From: Candidatus Methylomirabilia bacterium
GTDB taxonomy: Bacteria > Methylomirabilota > Methylomirabilia > Rokubacteriales > CSP1-6
DNA length: 13,076 nucleotides
NCBI GenBank assembly: GCA_046758965.1
Contig: JBHIBG010000075.1
Span: 1-13,076, forward strand
Direction of reading: 5' to 3'
The position numbers and the translations under genes were made by a program. Positions 6,876 to 13,076 of the stretch are shown here, piece by piece; position 1 is the stretch's first letter; each line of letters begins with the position of its first letter. Under the pieces are notes generated by a model that saw only the letters and a program-made list of their open reading frames with translations, ran no database searches and had not been told where the DNA came from.

Positions 6876-9218
6876 TCATGCGAGCAGCGAATGCGCGGCC
6901 TGGGCAATGGCATCGGCGTCGATCCCGAAGCGGCGATAGAGGTCATCGCGCGCCCCCGATTCCCCGAAGCTGTCCACGCCTAGCGCGACCTGGGGGACCC
7001 CCAGGGCCGCGCCGATGAAGGCGAGAGTGTGCGAGTGGCCGTCGAGGACGGTGACCGCAGGCACCTGAGCCTCCTCCGGGGAAAGGAGCCGCTCCAGGTG
7101 TGGAGTGACGCGGCCCGATCCGCGCTCTGCCCGACGGCTCATGGCGAAGCCCCGGTAGAGGAGATCGGGACTCGTCACCGCAAACACATTCGCAAGGATC
7201 CCCTGCTCCGCGAGCGCCCGGCTCGCCTCAACCGCCTCCGGCACCATCGCCCCGACGGCGAACACGTGCACCACGTTCGCGCCGGGCTCGTAGCCGGGAT
7301 CACCCCTCCGGTCGATGAGCCGGTAGGCGCCGCGCAACACCTGCGCGCGGTACTCCGCGCTGGAAGGCGGAGCAAGTCCCTGAACGACGGGCTTGGTAGA
7401 CAGTCGCAGGTAGAGGCTCTCTCCCGAGAGGCGACGGGTGAGCGCCGAAAGCCCCGCCAGCAAGATCCACTCCACCTCCCGGGCAAAGGGAGGGTCGAAG
7501 CACACGAGCCCCGGCAGCTCGATGCCGATGGAGGGCGTGATCACCGACTGGTGGGCGCCGCCTTCCGGCGAGAGGGAGACGCCCGAGGGGGTCGCGACCA
7601 GGATGAACTTCGCCCCCGAGTAGAGGGCGTGATAGAGGGCATCCAGCCCGCGCCCGATAAACGGATCATACAGTGTCCCTACCGGGAACAGCGGCTCCCC
7701 GGAGAGCTCCGCGGTCAGCCCGAAGGCGGCGAGCAGGAGGAAGAGGTTGTGCTCGGAGATCCCCAGCTCGATATGGTGCCCGGTGGGCCCCTCCCGCCAG
7801 GCGACTGCCTGGGGGAGCTGGTCGAAGAAGTTGGGCTTGGCCTCCGGAAAATAGACTCCGCGTCGGTTGATCCACCCGCCGAGGTGCGTGGTCACGGCCA
7901 CGTCGGCGGAGACGGTGACGAGACGCTCGGCCAGGGGCGTGCGGGCCAGCGTCGACATCACCCTCCCGAAGGCTTCCTGGGTCGAAATAAGCGCGGGATA
8001 GCTGGACTCCACCTGCTCGGGAATCTCCAGCGGCACGCGCGCTGGCGACCCTGGCGGTCGGAACAGGGGCTCGAGCCGGGCGACATGCTCGGCTTCCGGG
8101 CTGCCCGGAGGAAATCGCGCCCACTCCGCACCCGGAGCGATCCCGAGGGCGCTGCGCAGCTCCTCGATCTGCATCTGGGTGAGGAGCATGGTGTGGTTGA
8201 GCGGGTCACCCGCAAAGGGGAGTCCCCACCCTTTGATCGTCCGAGCGAGGATCACGGTGGGCCGGCCGACCTGCGCCTCGGCCTCCTGAAAGGCCTCCAG
8301 GATCATCTTGAGATCATGACCGCCCACGTCCGACACCAGCGCCTTCAGCTCCTCGTCCGAGACCTCGCCGAGGAGGCGATCCAAGACCGGATCGGAGCTT
8401 CCGTCGGGCGAGGTGATCAAGACCTTCCGAACAGCCGTGGCGGGGAGGCGAAGGAGGCTCTGGTACTCGGCGTTCGGCATCCCGTCCAAGCGCTGCCGCA
8501 GCCTCTCACCGCCGGGTCGCTCCAAGAGAACCCCGAGGCGCGAGCCGTGGGCCAGCTCGATAACCCGCCAGCCATTGACCGCGAACAGCTCCCGGATCTG
8601 CCGCGCCCGGATGTCCGGCGTGATGCGGTCCAGGCTCTGGCGGTTGGCGTCCACGATCCAGAGGACGTTTCCGAGACGGCTCACGACCTCCTCGGCGAGG
8701 GCCTCCCACACGTTGCCCTCGTCCAGCTCCGCATCCCCCACCATCACGATGAAGCGCTCCGGCCGGCCGGTGCCGAAGCGGTCCGTGAGGTAGCGTGTGG
8801 CCAGCGCCCCGAAGGTAGCGGCCACGGCGCCCAGGCCCATGGAGCCCGTGGAGAGGTCCACGATCTCAGGGTTCTTCCGCCGGCTGGGGTACGCCTGAAG
8901 GCCGCCGAGGCTCCTGAACTGCCTGAGTGCCTCCTCCGTTAGCTCCCCTCGCAGGAACTGGATGGCATAGAAGACCGGTGAGGCGTGGGGCTTTATCGCC
9001 ACGCAGTCGCCGGCGCGGAGGAGCTTGAAGTAGAGCGCGGTCATGAGGCTGACCGCAGAGGTCGAGCTGGCCTGGTGCCCTCCGACCTTGGTACCGTCGG
9101 GGTTCGGCCGGATAAAGTTGGCATGGTGGACCAGGTAGGTCGAAAGCCAGAGGACGCGCCGCTGGATAGACTCCAGCACAGCCAGCTCGGCCTCGGTCCA
9201 CTCCAGCGGACCCTTCAT
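6876..9218 (-). CDS. AceE-like homodimeric ThDP-dependent 2-oxoacid dehydrogenase E1 / transketolase-superfamily enzyme
   Basis: KVGGHQAS, KPHASP, AYPS, STGSMGLG, ThDP motif GDAELDEG…N.QSLD, GGHD, TIKGWGL, ELGISE, EGGAHQS, FGESG. GGAGG lies 12 nt upstream of ATG 9218. 780 aa. Confidence 0.88.
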   Translation of the reverse strand: MKGPLEWTEAELAVLESIQRRVLWLSTYLVHHANFIRPNPDGTKVGGHQASSTSAVSLMTALYFKLLRAGDCVAIKPHASPVFYAIQFLRGELTEEALRQFRSLGGLQAYPSRRKNPEIVDLSTGSMGLGAVAATFGALATRYLTDRFGTGRPERFIVMVGDAELDEGNVWEALAEEVVSRLGNVLWIVDANRQSLDRITPDIRARQIRELFAVNGWRVIELAHGSRLGVLLERPGGERLRQRLDGMPNAEYQSLLRLPATAVRKVLITSPDGSSDPVLDRLLGEVSDEELKALVSDVGGHDLKMILEAFQEAEAQVGRPTVILARTIKGWGLPFAGDPLNHTMLLTQMQIEELRSALGIAPGAEWARFPPGSPEAEHVARLEPLFRPPGSPARVPLEIPEQVESSYPALISTQEAFGRVMSTLARTPLAERLVTVSADVAVTTHLGGWINRRGVYFPEAKPNFFDQLPQAVAWREGPTGHHIELGISEHNLFLLLAAFGLTAELSGEPLFPVGTLYDPFIGRGLDALYHALYSGAKFILVATPSGVSLSPEGGAHQSVITPSIGIELPGLVCFDPPFAREVEWILLAGLSALTRRLSGESLYLRLSTKPVVQGLAPPSSAEYRAQVLRGAYRLIDRRGDPGYEPGANVVHVFAVGAMVPEAVEASRALAEQGILANVFAVTSPDLLYRGFAMSRRAERGSGRVTPHLERLLSPEEAQVPAVTVLDGHSHTLAFIGAALGVPQVALGVDSFGESGARDDLYRRFGIDADAIAQAAHSLLA

Positions 9219-9330
9219 CTGGTGACCCTACCTCCGGTCTTCCCCTATTGCCGTGCGGAGATGTTCGTCGCGGCGCGCCTGCAGAGCCGACCCGCGTAAC
9301 TCATCGAAGCGGGCCACCCCTCCTCTCGCT

Positions 9331-9364
9331 CGTGAGATGACCATTCTTCATCTCTCGTTGTCAA
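9331..9364. promoter_or_regulatory. Operator-like palindrome next to a perfect -35 on the - strand
   Basis: GAGATGA (9334-9340)-N7-TCATCTC (9348-9354), extended by CG…CG at 9331-9332 and 9356-9357. TGTCAA at 9359-9364 reads TTGACA on the - strand, facing the E1 gene. No clean -10 at 17 nt. Confidence 0.5.
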
Positions 9365-9373
9365 GGGGTTCTG

Positions 9374-9382
9374 TGCTAGAGT
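9374..9382 (+). promoter_or_regulatory. Extended -10 element (TG-C-TAGAGT) for the molybdoenzyme gene
   Basis: TG at 9374-9375, TAGAGT at 9377-9382, then 7 nt to ATG 9390. No Shine-Dalgarno sequence. Confidence 0.45.
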
Positions 9383-9389
9383 GCACGCG

Positions 9390-11720
9390 ATGGGTCGGGT
9401 GCGCAGGTCGCTGATTGGCAGCTCGGTCAAGCGAAAGGAGGACAGCCGCTTCGTAACCGGCCGCGGTCGCTACCTGGAGGACCTCGTGCTGCCCGGCATG
9501 GTGCACCTGGGAGTGGTGCGGAGCCCGCATGCCCACGCCCGCATCCTCAACGTAGAGGCAAAAGCGGCTCGCAGGCTCCCCGGAGTCCGCGCTGTGCTCA
9601 CGGCCGACGATCTCCCCGAGCTCGCCGCGTCGGTCCCTCCGCTGGTCCCGGCCCCCCTCCTGCGCCCGTACACCCACCCTATCCTCCCGCGCGAGAAGGT
9701 TCGCCACGCCGGGGAAGCCGTTGCCATCGTGGTCGCCGACAGCCCGTACTCGTTGATGGACGCCGTTGAGGCCGTGGCCGTCGAGTACGAGCCCCTCCCC
9801 GCGGCCGCGACTGTCGAGGCCGCCCTTGCGCCCGGCGCGGCACGGATCCAGGAAGAGTGGCCCGACAACATCGCGGGGCTCTCCGTGGGCCAGGTGGGCG
9901 ACGTGGACACTGCGTTCAGCCGGGCGGAAGTGATCGTCGAGGCGCAGCTCAGCTACCCGCGAATGAGCGGGCTACCGATCGAGGCGCGGGGGGTCATCGC
10001 GGCCTGGGACCCAGGCACCGCCGTCTTGACCGCGTGGGTCTCGACCCAGGTGCCGTTCGCCCTGAGGACCGCCATCGCGGGAGTGCTGGGGCTCACGGAA
10101 GAACAGATCCGCGTGCTCGTCCCCGATGTTGGTGGGGGGTTCGGCACGAAAGGCCATGTGTACCCCGAAGACATCCTCGTGCCCGCGGTCGCGAAGCGAC
10201 TCCGGCTCCCGGTGAAGTGGATCGAGACCCGGCGCGAGCACTTTCTCACTGCCGCAGCCGATCGGGACCAGGCCCACACCGCGCGGATCGCTGCCAGGCA
10301 GGACGGGACGCTCGTGGCGCTCGAGACCAGCTTCACCAGGGACCACGGGAGCTACCCGACCCTCGGAGATGCGATCACGCTCAACACGATCAACCACCTG
10401 CCGGGGCCGTACCGCGTCCCCCACTATCGAGCGAGCGGACGCAATGTCCTCACCCACAAGAGCTTCGCCGCCGCGTACCGGGGCGCGGGGCGCCCGGAGG
10501 CCACGTATGTCATGGACCGGCTTCTGGATCGGCTCGCGCGGCGGCTCGGCATCGACCCCGCCGAGTTGCGCCTGAAAAACATGGTCCGCCCTGATGAGAT
10601 GCCGTTCAGCCCGGGGCTCACCTACCGCGACGGGGTACGCATGGCCTACGATCGGGCCGACTACCCCGCCGGTTTCGAGAAGGCGCTGTCGCTGCTTGAC
10701 TACACCGGCTGGCGGGAGAAGCAGAAGCGACGCACGGGGAGCGGAACGCCGATCGGCATCGGACTTTCAGCCTACGTGCAGGGGACCGGCCTCGGCCCTT
10801 ACGAAGGCGCGCAGGTCCGCGTGGACCCCTCCGGCACGGTCTACGTGCTGCTCGGGGTCTCAGCCCAGGGACAGGCGCACGAGACAACGCTCGCCCAGGT
10901 GTGCGCTGACCAGCTCGGCGTGCCGATCGAGCAGGTCGTGGTCGTTGGCGGGGACACCCAGCTCGTGGGGTACGGGATGGGGACGATCGGCAGTCGGGTG
11001 GCCGCAGTGTCCGGCCCGGCGGTGGCCAGGACTGCGCGCGAGGTAGCCGAGAAGGCGCGGCTTGTGGCCGCCGATCTCCTCGAATGCGCGCCGGAAGACC
11101 TGGTGCTCGCCGATGGCAGGGTCGCTATCAAAGGTGTCCCTGACCGCGGCCTCCCCCTGGCCCAGGTTGCCCTGGCGGCGGTCAAGAGCAAGTCGCTCGC
11201 AAACGCGGGTGGCCCCGGGCTGAACGCCTGCGGCTTCTTCTACCCGGAAACCGTGACTTGGGCGTTCGGAGCCCAGGCCTGCGTCGTCGAGGTGGACGTG
11301 GAGAGCGGGGAGGTCCGGCTCCTCAAGTACGTGGCTGTGCACGACTGCGGCCAACCGATCAACCCCATGGTGGTGGAAGGCCAGCTCCACGGCGGGATTG
11401 TCCAGGGGATCGGCAGCGCGCTCACCGAGGAAGTGATCTATGACGTGCAGGGGCAGCTACTCACCGGGAGCTTCATGGAATACGGGCTTCCGAAGGCTGA
11501 TCAGGTTCCGCCGCTGGAGGTCGCCTTACTGGACCACCCGTCCACGAGGAACGAGCTGGGGATCAAGGGGGTGGGGGAGAGCGGCATCATCGCCCCGGCG
11601 GCTGCCATCGCCAACGCCGTCGAAGACGCTCTGGCCGACTACGGGGTGGAAATCGACCGCATCCCCCTGACCGGTGCACGGATCTTCGACTGGCTCCAGG
11701 CGGCGAGGCGACCCCACTAG
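9390..11720 (+). CDS. Xanthine dehydrogenase family molybdopterin-binding large subunit (CoxL form II / CutL-like)
   Basis: IGSSVKRKEDSRFVTGRGRY, RSPHAHARI, DVGGGFG, AYRGAGRPE (10473-10493), QGQAHET, HDCG..INP..VEGQ..GG, KGVGESG with the catalytic Glu. Start is ATG 9390 or GTG 9381. Confidence 0.93.
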   Translation: MGRVRRSLIGSSVKRKEDSRFVTGRGRYLEDLVLPGMVHLGVVRSPHAHARILNVEAKAARRLPGVRAVLTADDLPELAASVPPLVPAPLLRPYTHPILPREKVRHAGEAVAIVVADSPYSLMDAVEAVAVEYEPLPAAATVEAALAPGAARIQEEWPDNIAGLSVGQVGDVDTAFSRAEVIVEAQLSYPRMSGLPIEARGVIAAWDPGTAVLTAWVSTQVPFALRTAIAGVLGLTEEQIRVLVPDVGGGFGTKGHVYPEDILVPAVAKRLRLPVKWIETRREHFLTAAADRDQAHTARIAARQDGTLVALETSFTRDHGSYPTLGDAITLNTINHLPGPYRVPHYRASGRNVLTHKSFAAAYRGAGRPEATYVMDRLLDRLARRLGIDPAELRLKNMVRPDEMPFSPGLTYRDGVRMAYDRADYPAGFEKALSLLDYTGWREKQKRRTGSGTPIGIGLSAYVQGTGLGPYEGAQVRVDPSGTVYVLLGVSAQGQAHETTLAQVCADQLGVPIEQVVVVGGDTQLVGYGMGTIGSRVAAVSGPAVARTAREVAEKARLVAADLLECAPEDLVLADGRVAIKGVPDRGLPLAQVALAAVKSKSLANAGGPGLNACGFFYPETVTWAFGAQACVVEVDVESGEVRLLKYVAVHDCGQPINPMVVEGQLHGGIVQGIGSALTEEVIYDVQGQLLTGSFMEYGLPKADQVPPLEVALLDHPSTRNELGIKGVGESGIIAPAAAIANAVEDALADYGVEIDRIPLTGARIFDWLQAARRPH

Positions 11721-11740
11721 CGCTGTTCCAAGTAAATCGA

Positions 11741-11895
11741 CCTGACGAGCACGCGCCGCGGGTGGCGCGGCGCTGGCCTGGGCGAAAGAAGTTGGAGGCG
11801 CACCAGCGCTGCACGGCGGTCCCGCTTCAGACTTCGAAGCAGTCTCCCGTCTTGGCTCTCCCGTTCCGCCTTGAGGGCCCAGCGCCGCTGTCAGG
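11741..11895. other. Self-complementary intergenic element (candidate structured RNA or miniature repeat)
   Basis: CCTGAC (11741-11746) pairs with GTCAGG (11890-11895); GCGGCGCTGG (11767-11776) pairs with CCAGCGCCGC (11879-11888); further inner pairings; TCTCCCGT direct repeat at 11843 and 11857. Confidence 0.4.
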
Positions 11896-11916
11896 AGTTC
11901 CGGGCACCGGCCTATT

Positions 11917-11934
11917 CATGACGGGTGAGTCATG
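11917..11934. promoter_or_regulatory. Palindrome CATGAC-N6-GTCATG upstream of the SDR gene, possible operator
   Basis: CATGAC at 11917-11922 and GTCATG at 11929-11934, about 30 nt upstream of RBS AAGGAGG (11963-11969). Confidence 0.35.
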
Positions 11935-11975
11935 GTACAAGAGGGCGAGGGGTGTCCGAGACAAGGAGGCGAGCG

Positions 11976-12773
11976 ATGCGACTGAAAGGCAAGGTGGCTG
12001 TGATCACGGGTGGGGGGAGCGGAATCGGCCGGGGAATCGTCCATTGCATGGCCCGGGAGGGGGCGGCCATCGCGATTCCTGACATCCAGGTCGACAATGC
12101 CAAACAAGTCGCGAAGGAAGTGGAGGCCATGCAGCAAACCGCAGTGGCCTTCAAGACCGACGTGACCCGGGCGACCGAAGTCCAGGATGTGTTCGACCGC
12201 ATCCGGAAGGAACTGGGGCAGATCGACATTCTGGTCAACAACGCCGGCGTCGCCTCACCACCAGGCATGCCCTTCACCACCAACACCGAGGAGGACTGGG
12301 ACCGCGTCTATGCGGTGAACGTGAAAGCCATTTTCCTCACGTGCAAGGCCGTCGCCCCGCACTTCATGGAGCGCAAGGCCGGCAGGATCATCAACATCGC
12401 CTCGATCGCGGGGCCGCTCTCTGCCCCTACGATGCCGCCTTACAGCGTCTCCAAGATGGGGGTGATCACGCTCACCCGGGTCGTGGCGAAGGAGCTGGCC
12501 CAGCACGGGGTCACGGCGAACGCGATATGCCCGGGCGTGCTCTGGACTCCGTTCTGGGAGGGGCTGGCAGCCTACATCGCCCGGACGAATCCGGCTTTTG
12601 CGGGGATGACCCCGCGACAGGTCTTCGAAAAGCGCGTGGCGGACCTGACTCCCATGAAGCGTGAGCAGACGCCCGAGGACATCGGCTGGGCTGCCGTGTT
12701 CCTGGCCTCCGAGGAGGCCCGAAACATCACCGGCCAGGCCCTCTGTGTGGACGGCGGGGCGGTCATGCACTGA
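11976..12773 (+). CDS. Short-chain dehydrogenase/reductase (classical SDR, probably NAD-preferring)
   Basis: Start ATG 11976 after AAGGAGG; TGGGSGIG; Asp at the end of beta2 (IPDI); NNAG; NIAS; YSVSK (YxxxK); NAICPG; ITGQALCVDGG. 265 aa. Confidence 0.93.
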   Translation: MRLKGKVAVITGGGSGIGRGIVHCMAREGAAIAIPDIQVDNAKQVAKEVEAMQQTAVAFKTDVTRATEVQDVFDRIRKELGQIDILVNNAGVASPPGMPFTTNTEEDWDRVYAVNVKAIFLTCKAVAPHFMERKAGRIINIASIAGPLSAPTMPPYSVSKMGVITLTRVVAKELAQHGVTANAICPGVLWTPFWEGLAAYIARTNPAFAGMTPRQVFEKRVADLTPMKREQTPEDIGWAAVFLASEEARNITGQALCVDGGAVMH

Positions 12774-12862
12774 GCCCAGGGCTCTACACCTTCCGTTGCT
12801 CCCACCCCAGGTTCCCTAGCCCTGCCCTGTAACGTTATGCTTGGCTCAGGAGGTTCGGAAAA

Positions 12863-13076
12863 ATGGTGGCGCTCGGGATCGTTCTGTTTATTAGCCTCGC
12901 GGCGGGTCCAGCCGCCGCCCAGGGGTGGAGGACACTGCCGGTCCCGGGGAAGATCGATGGGGCCTGGGTCCGCGCCGTCCTGCCGCCCGATGCGATCCGT
13001 GCCATCGATGCCCCGTCGTTCCTCTCAGGCGCGGCCGCCGAGCGGCAGATGGCGAAGGACGAGATCGTCCTGGGCC
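12863..13076 (+). CDS. 5' part of a secreted DUF3179-like protein, truncated by the window edge
   Basis: Not in the ORF track. AGGAGG at 12848-12853, ATG 12863; MVALGIVLFISLAAGPAAA|QGW signal peptide; LPPDAIRAIDAPSF…MAKDEIVLG resembles the DUF3179 N-terminal pattern (D.I.AID.P.F…D..V.G). Confidence 0.7.
   Translation, partial: MVALGIVLFISLAAGPAAAQGWRTLPVPGKIDGAWVRAVLPPDAIRAIDAPSFLSGAAAERQMAKDEIVLG

Noticed and set aside
7029..8942. 637-aa + strand ORF
   Set aside because: Antisense shadow of the E1-like gene, caused by GC3 bias.
40..11720. Amber recoding (7 of 11 stops in the window are TAG, two followed by open in-frame sequence)
   Set aside because: The ligase, tartrate dehydrogenase and molybdoenzyme all end at TAG at family-typical C-termini, and no intact gene has an internal TAG, so TAG behaves as a normal stop.
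9390..11720. Aerobic CO dehydrogenase CoxL supplied with copper by the nearby SCO
   Set aside because: It lacks the AYxCSFR Cu-ligating Cys and the coxMS/DEFG context; SCO is an exported lipoprotein.
11762..12082. 106-aa ORF, and the 11925 SDR start, across the intergenic element
   Set aside because: No RBS or family motifs; the SDR start at 11976 has AAGGAGG and begins with the typical MRLKGKVAVITG.
12772..12841. GAGCCC-A-GGGCTC palindrome, TAACGTTA palindrome and TATGCT -10-like hexamer
   Set aside because: Short, with no U-tract and no convincing -35; cannot be distinguished from chance.
1..13076. CRISPR array, tRNA/rRNA, transposase, integrase or phage/defence genes
   Set aside because: No regularly spaced repeats, cloverleaf-like sequence or relevant protein motifs seen on either strand.

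Overview
High-GC bacterial DNA that is almost entirely coding and has a catabolic/redox theme. In order along the window: the 3' tail of an unknown gene; two decayed relics of a CoA-dependent aromatic-degradation operon (a crotonase C-terminus and an internally deleted PaaA/BoxB-like ring-epoxidase); an intact benzoate-CoA-ligase-family enzyme with an unusual Asp in the aryl pocket; a tartrate/D-malate dehydrogenase; a 560-aa basic uncharacterised protein with a cryptic GNAT-like domain; an SCO lipoprotein translationally coupled to an MFS transporter; a stand-alone AceE-like ThDP enzyme (- strand) divergent from a stand-alone CoxL form II-like molybdoenzyme large subunit; a ~155-nt self-complementary intergenic element; an SDR; and the start of a secreted DUF3179-like protein. 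No rRNA, tRNA, CRISPR array or transposase is visible. All family assignments come from motif recognition by eye, with reference sequences recalled from memory; no database searches were run.
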